Below, in pieces: positions 39,201 to 51,200 of a stretch of DNA of 64,000 bases (the stretch's first letter is position 1; each line of letters opens with the position of its first letter). The position numbers were made by a program, and so were the translations under genes. Below the pieces are notes generated by a model, which had not been told where the DNA came from, did not search any database, and saw only the letters and a list, made by a program, of their open reading frames with translations. The stretch comes from Orbicella franksi (lineage: Eukaryota): positions 16,430,001-16,494,000 of the forward strand of contig OZ116698.1 of assembly GCA_964199315.1 (NCBI GenBank), written 5' to 3'.

Positions 39201-42200
39201 AGTGTTTTGGAAGAAGTATTCCGTCAAAAGCATATGGATTGTATGATTAACGATTAAACACCGGTGTTTGGAAAGCTTAGCTGCTCGCGTGCATACTAAG
39301 AACCAATCAATAGCTGGGTTTAATCACGGACACTACTGCGAACTTTGCCGCTCGGAACTGAATGGTTCAAGTTAGAAACAACATGAAAGTTTATTTACCC
39401 TGCTTTGCTGTGGGCAGCACAAGCACTAATATCGGTTTATTCTCGTCACCTTGGCGACGAAAACAGACATGACAGAACTGCCTGATTTTTATTATTTTAA
39501 AAAATGCAGGTGACGCTTTGTGCGTGCCATTATCCTATTGATCCTCCTGTCGTATATATCTCAATACCCAGGACAGGTGCCAAAGAATTGTTTTCGTGTA
39601 TTATCAGTTTCAGAAACAACGAAATTGGAAGGAAAGTTCCAAGAGATAAACGCCACCTACAGTGAGAAGGCGTCTTTATTCCCTGTAAGTCTTGAGTGAG
39701 TAATTAAGTAAGTTTTCAAAACATATCGGAAACAACCAGAGTTTAGTTGAAAGCTGGTTTGTCGACAGCAGGGCGGCCTCCACTGAAGGACGCAACAATT
39801 TAGGTATGTCTTTAAAATACAGCTTCTCGCATTAACACGTTCGCGGTTTCCTCTAACTGGAAGAAAGATGATAAAAAAAATCAATTGGAGGATAGGTGCG
39901 TAAAAAAAATGACAACGAAAAAGGACAAAAACTAGAGTTTACTTGCACGTGAACCCGATGATAAAATATCATACTGAATGATTGTTCTTGTCATTTTTTT
40001 CTATATGATGTCTTGATAATTTTTCGTTATTTTTACTTTATTCAAAGAAAGAAAACATAATGCTGGGATTTTTCCCCAAAAATGTTTTTAAGCTATAAAA
40101 ACTGCTAACGGTCTTTTTTAGAAGTGGAAATGCAAATTCAAATTAAAAATAATATAACGCACACTCAGATAGCATCTTGGAACTTTATAAAGTTCGCTTT
40201 TCCCAGTAGTTAGTGTCTTCAGCACAAGTCGTAAAATCGAAATAAATCCAGCAACAATCTTTCCACTCTTTACACATTTCTGGTAGTGGAAGTAGCTCGT
40301 ATGCAAAGTTGAATTTGATATTATTTTTAGTTCAGTTACTCTCCTACTCACTCCCGGATGCCAGAATAAAGGATCATTTAATTTATTTCCATGTTCAGTT
40401 CAAATTTACAATCATTGTACGCCGAGTGTGAAAGACTTCATCAAAATTGACACCATACAGAGTGACCAGTTCAACGGGAGGGTATTTGCTGAGCCGCTTG
40501 GGCTACGACTGTCAACTTTTTAATTAACACACCAGGTTACACCGTTGTAATAATTCCTTGCTCCAGCTTGATAACACGCGAGATAACGCGCGGGATGCCG
40601 CGCAGGATAGCATTCAGGATAACGCAAAGGTGTTCTAACTCAATTCAATTTAATTTAACCTTCGGAAACTCCGAGTTGGTAATAAACTAAGCGCTTTCAC
40701 TCGAAGTACAATAAGCTGACAATTAAATTCTAAAATCACCATTTTGTAGTACCTAATTTCAATTTACGGGTTTTCATGTTCTTTTATATCACTTTTCAAG
40801 TACGCGGTACGAGGCCGCTCTCTCTCTTCCGTCCTTCTGGATTTGTATAATACTGTCGAGATTCTTGTGATCTAGTAAGCCGAGCATGATGTTATAAAGC
40901 TACCTTTATCGACCTTCAAGTCACATTCCTGCATTACAACTAGTATTGCCGAGATCTAAAGCCAAAAAAAGGCTACGAATTACTACTAGAATAGCATTTT
41001 TTTTTATAGTGTAATACGTAAAACCAAAAATTCAAAATGACGAGTAAATGAGTCCGTGTGGCAATTTTGCTCGCAACTGCTAAGCAACGAAAAACATCAG
41101 CACCCTTTCCTTCCACCACATCAACATTGAATAAAGGTAATTTACAGCTTCTTTGTCACTAACAAGGTTGGATTCAGATCCGATCACAGTAAGCCTCCTG
41201 TTCAACTCGTTAATTTCGCGAACTTTTTTCGTAATTACCCGCCATAAACATGACAGAATTCGCTCAGTGAAAATGTCAGTGAACGTTACCCCGAACACAA
41301 ATCCGACTTAGAGAAGCTATCTCTTGCCTGCTTGGTCTTTAACATACAATCTTCTTTACAAATTAATATGTAATGTTTGGGTAGAAAAATTGAAGAGTTC
41401 TTAAATATCGCAGCATCAGTTTTGAATTGTAAATCAATGAAGGGCGAGGAGACGACAAAAAAAGGTCAAGTTTTGGCGTGTTGAACAAACAAGTTTGCCG
41501 GTGTTTAATTTCGAAAGCTAATCATCTCCTTTTTTAATCCAAAAATACTGTTTACACAGCTGAATAAATACCTACACACACATACATGATAACCTAGTTT
41601 GTCAGTGGGCAGCCACTCTGTTGTTGATGAGTCTTACTGTTGACAGCGCCCATTACAAAATGGCTTCTTGTCAGCGCGTTTCCGACACCTTTTGTTGTCT
41701 TACGGTAAAAGCAGGATTAAGCATTGTTTTGCCTAGCCTAAAATGTCAGGGATCTCATTTCAGGCTATGTTATGCCACCCGCATGAGGCAAGTAAAATTT
41801 GCACGTCACTAATAACCTTTTTTGTTGTTTCCAGAATTCTCAACGAAAATATAAGCTTGGGCCGGATATCTAAAAGAAGAGGGAAATGAAAACCTGGAAA
41901 CAGACCTGGTACTCAGCAGTAATTTTAACTCTCCTCTTCTTTCTGTTGAAAAATTCAGTTGAAAGCAAAGATGTTGTTTACCCAAAGAAAGAACAACCGA
42001 AGAGAGACAACAACGAGAAAACGCACGCCGACACTACACACAGACAAGTGAACAACAACCTGAAAAAGCTGGATCTTTTTTCGTTGGAGAAAATAGACCG
42101 AGGTAGTTCGAGTCAAAAAACTTCGCCAGCAAGAAAGCGTTTAAACACACACAAAAATCTGGAACATCGAGAAACGCTTGACGGTGAGGACATAAATTCC

Positions 42201-45200
42201 AGTAGGAGTGTCGAATGCTCGCACGTACAGAACAGAAAGGTGGACAATCACATAAGCAAGGCACAAAAAGAAAGGGGCCATAGAAATACAATTGCTCACT
42301 TTGAAGACCGAGGGAGCGACAGACCCCTCAAAAGACACAAACGACAACCACGTCCGCGTCCCGCGGGGCCATCATCAGAACCTCCCGAGGGATCACCCGA
42401 GGGAGAACCAGAACGATCAAGCGGGGAGCCCGTGGCAACCACAAAACCGACATTAGAACCTGAAATTTCTTGGCCAGAACCAGAACCCGATTGGCCCAAA
42501 GCATTTGCAAAATGGCAAGACGCCTGGCCATTACACACGTACGGTTTTGCCGCGGTTTTCACGATCATCGCGTTAATTCCTCCGTTTGAGCTGCTAAGAA
42601 TGCACGTTGATAAAACCAAGATGACAGCCTTAAAGTCAAGCTTGCTCGTCACAATATTCATCTTCAGTTCAACTCGGGCCATCGCCCTGTTCGTGGATCC
42701 CTACGGTTCGACCAACCGCTTTCACCTCATCATAACACAACTGCTGTTTGCTCTCGGTCATCCATGCATCATCTCCGCCCTGAGTCTTCTCCTGCTTGTT
42801 TTGATCGACACGACCAAGATGAACATCGCTCCGCCTAAATTCCAGCGCATCAAATTCATCGTTCCAGTCGTGATAAGCCATGTCGCTCTGGTGATCGTGA
42901 CAGACTTTGTCGTGGTTTACTTCCTGGAAGCTAAGATCCTCCTTTTGATGTGTCAAATATACTTCCTATCATTAGGAATTCTGCTAGCGGTGGGTTACGC
43001 CCGCGTGGGCTGGAAAATTCGCACGAATATCAGAGCCAATGTCAACAGCAAAAGTGCAGTGGATAACAGCATGCGACGGCTGCAGTACCTGATCGCAGCG
43101 TGTGCGGTTGCAAGCGCTCTCATAAGCGCACTGACTATTTACGGGGCCGCAGGGGTATTCGGGATATATTCGGGTGTACGCTACGTAAACCCCTGGCCAT
43201 GGTGGATTTTTCAGACGTGCAACCGCATTCTTGAAACCACAATCTGCATTGTGGTCTTACTCATGAACACAAAAGCATCTAACAAACGAAAAATATTTCC
43301 AGCTGCACATAGTTTCATGACAAAAAGTCTATTCCAGTCAAGACGGAACACTACGAAGGCCAAGAAAACAACACCAAAGGAAACAGCTGGTTGTCAGTCG
43401 ATAACATCCACAGAATAATTTTCATAAAGTGATGATTAAACGCGAAAGTTGAAATCGTGAAACAAAAAAAAACCCAAAGGCAGTAATCAGAGATACAAAA
43501 GTAATCTCGTTTATGCTGAAAAATAAGGATTAATAGAAGTCATAGAAATTCTGAACGAACATCTTTAGAAGCAAAGGAGGGAAACACGAGGGAAACCCGC
43601 GGGAAACCCCCGGAAAAGCGAGGGAAACCAGGAATGGGGAGACTTTAAAAACACACAGTAATAAAACTGGAGGTTAAGGGTGCCAGTGGTTGGAACACGG
43701 TCATGCACAACTACCTTCAACTTAGGCTCAACATAGTGTGAAAAGAATGTCAAAAACTTAGAGTACGTTCGCTTGTCGTTATTCCAGAGTTAAAAAAAAA
43801 CCCTGGAATAACAAATTTATGTCGAGTTCATATTGTCAGTATACATGGTCTAGCATTACAGTCACTCTGTTCTCAATAGAAGAGTCACAGGCTAACCAGA
43901 CTCATGACACTGTACAGGAATACCTGACCACAAAAACATAGTGTTTTGTATGGAACTTACCGCTGGTATAGAGAGCGGATAGAAAATTATAATAAACAGC
44001 TATTAACCAATGTTGTTGATTTATCATTTCTTGCCTGTTGTGTTAGCAGTAGACAACTACCGATATGCGTGCAATGCAAAACAGGTTTGTTTTTGGTGCG
44101 TAGAAGTTTCGATAAGTTTGCAGTACATTACTGGACTTTAAAACGTTTCTTTCAAGCAGCAAGTACGAAGTTCATGCATGGGGGTCCAAATCTCCTTTAC
44201 ATTATGTAAAGATTTGATTCAGTTTCTCAAAACAGCTCACACATGGCGAAATCAAGCGGAGGTAACCGTACTATAGTCTGTAATCAAGACCATTTACTTT
44301 TACGCCGTGAGCTAACGCTTTCTAACAATAGCCAGAAAATCAAATGAATAATGAAAGATCATATATTTGAACTGTGGAGAAAGATATGAAGACATAGATA
44401 ATCATTGCCCACTTACGACTGCTAAGACCAAGGGGCGGTCCGGGAAGGATGGAGGGCATTCCAATATAACTCACTTAAAAAATTTCATGAAATGAGAACC
44501 CTTTGCTCCAGATCACGAATAAACAAACTTAAAGCTATCTACTTCAACCAAAATTAGTGTCCACCAAATACATCTACCTATACTGCAAGGCGAGCATACA
44601 GTATAATCATATCCCTGTAAACCACCACTATCCCAAACTTAAAGGGGCTCAGTCACGATATTTTGAGTTATTTTGGCCACATACAAAATTACCTTTAAAT
44701 GGTAGGAAACCTGAAAATAACAGTTGAATAAGATAGAAAAGGACCAAGAGATAATGATAAACCATAGAGGAACAAGGATGGAGAAGATTAACACGGATTA
44801 CAAACGACGAATTCGAAAAATTGAGGCTAAACTTTTCAATGCGCGCAAACCGTGACGTAGCTCCTTTGAAGGAGTTATACGTCACAATTTGCGGATCTTG
44901 AAAAGTCAAGCCTCAATTTTTCAAATTCGTGGTTTGTAATCCGTGCTAATCTTCTCCATCCTTACTAACTATCCTTGTTCCTCTAAGGATTATTAATACC
45001 TCTTTGGTGTTTTTCGATCTTAGTAAACTACTGGTTTCAGGTTTCCCTCGATTAAAAAGAAGTTTTTTAAGTGGCCAAAATAACTCAAAATACCGTGACT
45101 GAGCTCCTTCAACTCCAAAGACTTACGTATCGAAATCCGGCAGGTTCGGATTATAAAGCCGAGCTTCTCTCAACAACTGGTAAATTCGGTCCTTGTACTG

Positions 45201-48200
45201 AAAAACAAAACAAGATATCTTTAATTGTCTTTTCTCTCCAGTACGACCCAAGACAAACCTAGTGTACAGAAACAAATGGAACAATGCGCAGCTAATATTC
45301 ATCATACCAACAGGACCGCCACAAACACAGCACGACTAGTAAAAATAACGTAAAAAGATGAGAAAGTGACGTTTAGCGTTTTCATGATTGCGCGGCAGCC
45401 CATAATGTACACACCTGTCCAATACCACGAAACATAAACACAAAGTATAAACAACGGCTTTCAGCACTCTGAATGGTTGTATCTACTACTATGGCACGGG
45501 ATAAACGATATCGCACGCTAAAACGTCCAATAAAGTATGAGTGTAGTTGATACAAAGCACACTAAACTGAGTGATAACACTTACTCTGATGTCCTCTACT
45601 AACTGCCAGTCAGCCAAGTCGTCATCTAAACAAACGTAAAAATAAGCGAGTCCATAACCACAGTATAACAATTGCGTACGGAAAGCAGTGTGGGTGGTCC
45701 CGGTCCAGCAAGACTAACATACATGGAAGCAAACAATCACAATACACATAACAATGACAACTTCAGGAGGTGATAGTCCTCTAGCTGCATACGGGGAAGA
45801 AAACAAAGTCAGATGAAATTGAACGACGACAGTTAAGAGAGCGAAAGGTAGCGGTTTTACAGCATAGCTATTAGTTAACGAACGTTTTACGATCATAGTA
45901 CTGACCTTTTAAAGGAATCTTGATATTTCCTTGGATCAAACTGATCACTTCACATTTTAGTTTGCAGACCTCAATCTCGAGCTCCTTTGTTCTGATCGGA
46001 GAAAGAAAAAAAACATAAGAGTTGTATACTGCCCCCATCATACATCATATGGCGTTCTTTAGACAACTGTTTCTTTGTCTAGCTAAAACCGAAAACTAAG
46101 AGCTTAATTGGTCTAAAAACCCGCTAACAATTGACTTCAGGCATGAAAACTTCACTATTGGTGGACGATCGAGGTGTATCGATTACATCTTTGCCTGTAA
46201 CCTGGCGCAGTGTCTCCAGTAAAACCCAAACATGAAAACACAAAGCAACCGCACTCGCCAGAGCCACAGGCAAAACCAATATCGTGTACGAAATGCATGT
46301 ATTAGTCAAGAGTCATCAGAGAAGAGGTAAGTAGATTCTGATACAGATATCGGAAATAAGATATTTTACAAGGCATAAGCTACAGTCAGTATCAATAGAA
46401 GCGTCACAGAACTCGATCGTAAGATGCTTACATTTTCTGCTGCTGTAAAGAAAGTAATTCTCCCTCCGTTATTGGGTCGGTTTGAATCTCGATGGACGCA
46501 ATTTCCACAGGCTGTTGGTTTCTCTCTTCCTTGGTGTCCTCCATAGTATTGACGTCTTTTGCCGGTGGTTGGACAGATGTCTTGTCCGGACTACTATCAC
46601 AACCATTATAGTCAAATAACTTTGCCTCTTCCGCCTGCTGAATACAACAATAATTCCAGAAATTTAATTCAAGTCCATGACGTTTTGAGCCGCGGACGGC
46701 AGCCAGCCAGTCCTCTTCTTTGAGGCTTTCAACAAAAACGTCAAGGCTGGGTTGTTCGAAAGCGGGTTGACGCTACCCCAGGATTAAAAGTTAACCAATG
46801 CATTTATTTTTCTCAATTGTATAAAAATATTTTTCGTTGCTTATGCATTGTGCAGTTTGAGATTATTCAAAACTGAAGGACAAACAATATAAACAGGAAA
46901 CCTCACGAAAAGTTACAAAACTGAAATCAAAACTCCGCTTATCCTGGATAAGCTTAATGGGGCTTTGAACAACCCGGCCCACGTTGCTAATGCTAATACA
47001 TGTACGAGAGCTTTCCAAAGGATTATCATTAAGAGGCTTTATTCAACGCTACTCTTGCCAAATTTTTATCATGGTAGAAATGATCGTAAACGGTCGATTT
47101 TTATCATTGATCACTCGCGCTGAAAAAAGGTTGGAAATGGTTTTAGTTAAAAATATAAGTCCCTTTATCTTCAAGTCGCAATTATTTCAATTCTGTTAAT
47201 TTTTTACAGCATTTTTATGTTCAAAACGTTTAAGGCAATCACCATTCTCGTCCCCAGAGGTCGCGCTCCTTCTTTGGTCAGCACCAAGAATCGCGACCTC
47301 TGGTTGGACCCGATTTTCTGAGCATGCGCAGAGTTTTCGTCTCGTACTCTCAGCCAATCAGATTAGTCAGATTTGACGGAAAGTCCGTGAATCGCGGTCG
47401 CAATGCGTGGTGCTGACCAAAAGGAGCGCGGCCTCTGGAGACGAAAATGGGCAATCGCAACCCAGCTAACTTAGTCCTCTCAGCGCTCCCCCGAACAAAA
47501 GCGTTGAAGGAAATTAAGAAATTATAAATACCTCAATAGGAGATAATTTATCCTTTTCTTCAAAAGATGACATAGTCGGCTGAGGAAGCTCAAAACTGGG
47601 GGGTCCTTCCCAAGGAAATGACTTTGAGCGTTGAACTCGGCCTTTCTGTTGTGGCTCATGGCTCGGTAAGGGCTCATTGCGGGGGTTACCACTCATGGCA
47701 CCCGTCACAGGTCCGTTTACATTGGAACCAACTGTGGGTATGGAATATCAGAAAAGTCAAAGAAGGAGTCAAAAGTAGCGGGCAGCAATATAAACGAGAG
47801 GGAAAAAATATACTGAGGAAAAATTATAATACAAGACACTACTCACCTTTGCTGGTATCTGACAAAGCCCGAGTGACTTTCTTCTTCCGGCGCAGACTGC
47901 TTCGTAACTGGAACAAAACAAATTAACGAACAAATTAACATCTCCAAACAAATAAGTACAGTCAAACCCGTATTAAGTGGACCCCATATTAAGCGGACAC
48001 CCTCTACTAAGTGGACAGCAGTACAAGTCCCCTTTTTCTCCTCCCAGATTTACTGTAAAAAATACCCGTATTCAACGGACACCTCTATTAAGCAGACGCG
48101 GACACCTTAAACTTGACTTTTATGGTCATTTCTATTGTTACAAAACCTGTATTAAACGGATATGGGTAAAAGGATGCATGTTGTTCGTCCACGTTTTAAT

Positions 48201-51200
48201 AGATCGGTCATTTAATTTTGCGGACAGAAGAGCTGCCTCATCTAAAACAAACAGGAGATACCATCTCTGTTTTAGCAAAAACATGATCAAATTAGTAATA
48301 CGTGATCTCACCGACAAAACATTTGTCTGGCAAATTTGTACCTACAGACATGTCTGTACAACGATTACGAAATAAATCCTTCCTTCATCATATGATCACA
48401 TTGCGTTACTCGTCATTGTTTATGGAAATACGGTATTCCATAGTTATTGTACGTTTACGGGAATGGTATTTGACTCTTTCAAGGCCTTTTTTAATGAGGA
48501 ATGTTAATATGACCCTTTTAAAACGAATACTTAGGGAACCTGTTTTCAGCGGACGCCCTGTATTAAGCGGAAACTACTAGCAAGGGTCCCGAGGGTGTTC
48601 ACTTAATACAGGTTTGACTGTAGCAAAATTATTGCCGTGCCATTCATTCTACGCTGTCATACATACTTTACTTCTCTATCCAAATTTAACCAAATATAGA
48701 AAGTTGCAGATTGTAAAAACATTGCAAGTTGATAAATTACTTTATTAATTATATTTCTTCACATGATGTCGTTGGTTTCCAACTGCAAGTTGGTCTATCC
48801 GTCCTTCTGTCTGCTGGTCAATCAGTCAGTCAGTAAGTTCCGTTCGTCCGCAAATATGATTCTGATTCACTTGTGTCAACTTTTTACCTTTAGCCAAACC
48901 TTTTTGCCTTGTGCGAAGCATGGCCTGATTAAAAGGACTTACTCCTCTGGTAAATTTACTAAATGCTACTACAAATAAGTAAATAACTAAATGATAGAAG
49001 GGGCTTTGCAGACCAATACTAACAATATACTAATTACTGCGGTATATCCCATTCTCACGTGTGTTCCCTTACCTTGCCCATAATACTCCCACCTCCGGCG
49101 CCGCGCTCAAAGGAAGATGCTGCCAAATTTTGCTTGCTCACCCTCGTCGCTTCCTAATCAGCATAAAAACAAATGTTAGTTTAGTACAAAATAAAATAGA
49201 CACTTCAAACGACGCCTTAAACGGCTTTTTCTTCAGAACCAGCAAAACCCCGGGCAGCAAAACAATTCTTCAAAGTGAGCATAAAGGGAAAGCGCGCGAA
49301 ATCAGTTAGCATCAAAAACGATTTTTTTTTTCTTTTTGCTGATAACAATCCTAATCTAGCCGCTCTTGCCTTGAAGTATGAATTTAGTCTTTTTCTTACC
49401 CTGAGGCTCGTGAGCCAATCAAATACACAGGCATCCCGAGGAGGGGACAACTGATAATTCTTTCCATCCTTACTGAAAATGAAAATAACAGTCAAGGTTG
49501 AAAAGATTAGGAACGTTACTCAAGTAAATCACGAAAAAAAAAAAAATAAAACAACGAAGTTTAACGAAGTCTGGTGATATACAAGGAGCCGTGTTGGTGA
49601 CATTCTGTAATACAAAAGTATTAACTCATAACTACTGCAATTACACAAGCTACAGTGTAAGTGGCTAGCGTTCGTCTCGCCGTCTGTTTCAGGTATGTTT
49701 TGCACTACAGTTTCTATGGAAACTTCATTATCACGTTATGCATCGAACGCTGACATCAAATCCGTTACAGTCGCAAGCGCAAGACATTTAAATGTTTCAC
49801 TTAAATGCGCTATGCTTTTGGCGCGAAAGGGAAAAACTCGGTTTCTTTAATTACGGTAGTAAGATATGACCAAAAAAACTTCAACCTCTTGAAATACGCC
49901 AAGTTGTACCTTGATAATTCAAGAGTTATAATTGAGCTCAGATCTGCGGACTTTTCGTTTTATTTGTAGGTTTAGCAACTGATTCCGATTGCGGAATTGT
50001 GCGGTTTAGACCGACGTTTATAAAGTGTTCATGTGCCGCAAACTATCACTTTTAATACGACCTCTAGTCGCTTAAGCGGAAAATAATGTGTCCGTTGTTC
50101 GAACGGTAACTGTTTCTTGATGGTCTTGTTTTTGGTATACTTCCGCTCTGATCAGTGTGACTTGGGAAGCTTTCGTTTTAGGACTCCCTCGTTTAGGATA
50201 TTTACCATGCAGAAGGTCGTTACTATGGCCTTCCGTCCATGACTCAAAAACGTCTTTACTTCACAACAGGTGGTGTGAAACCTTTCTTTCCCGAGAAAAT
50301 GACTCGTCATGACTCGATTTAGCACTTGGGGGGGGGGGGGGGGGGCGGGGGGACAGTTTCATTTTGACAGCCAAAGGGAGGGTACTTATATTGGAGACAG
50401 GGCACTTATTTGTTTAAGTGATTGAATAAGGCAATGTACAAGTGGGCTTCCCGCCCCATCAGTCACATATAGATTTCCTTTCTGTAACATAAAGCGGGTA
50501 AGAGTATTTCTCCTAATCCAGGTCCATCAGAGGATGACCCTAAAACATTTGATTCTTCAGCACCCATTTGCATGCTGAGCCAGAGAGGAGTAGACAGCAA
50601 GTAACATGCCTTGCTCAAGAACTCAGCAAAATGATCAAGCTTGGACCCATCAGTTGAACCCTGGCCTTTAAACCTTGAGTATAGCACAAGAACCATAAGG
50701 TCACCAAGCCCCCAAGATAGTGTAATTATATACCAATGATTAATACATATATATTTTCAAATTTTACCTTGAAATAACAACAAAAACTTCCAGCACTGAT
50801 GAAGCAACGTCTACAAATCTAAAAAAAAATTAAACAGAAAGACAGTTTTGCAAGAAAAATCAGACTTATCTACCTACATCTATCTCTGGACTGGCTGTTC
50901 TGGCACTCCTGACAATTGGCTGTTATTAGGTATTGAGTTATTTGTTGCCTTAACCTATACACCAAGGCAAAGCAAGTGCCTCAGTTTGCCTGTAACTAGC
51001 TGCGGCCCAGATCAAGGGTCCATCAAGCATACTCAGCCATAATGGGTGTCATGAGTTACAACCATTAATGACAGCCCTGTACAACAAGATCAATGCAAAC
51101 CCAGACCTCAGACCCCTACCTATGAATAGGCTGAATGAGGGGTAAATTGTCAACTTTCATCACGCATGTCTGAGGTATACTTTAATTGCTTGATGCTTAA

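Noticed and set aside
39450-39470. MSVFVAK|GTGACG as a possible first exon of a TBC-only gene
   Set aside because: The upstream PH/coiled-coil exons join exon 37681 in phase with better homology. It remains a weak alternative-start candidate only.
40425-40475. U6 snRNA-like AAAATTG...ATACAGAG
   Set aside because: The ACAGAGA box is imperfect and the rest of U6 (5' stem, AGC/ISL, oligo-T end) is absent.
45308-45335. 28-nt exon-like segment SCCVCGGPV
   Set aside because: Phase 0 to 1 would break the in-phase join between 45585 and 45197.
50463-50696. 77-aa - strand ORF between PH exons
   Set aside because: No usable donor, no domain similarity, and the PH exons are complete without it.
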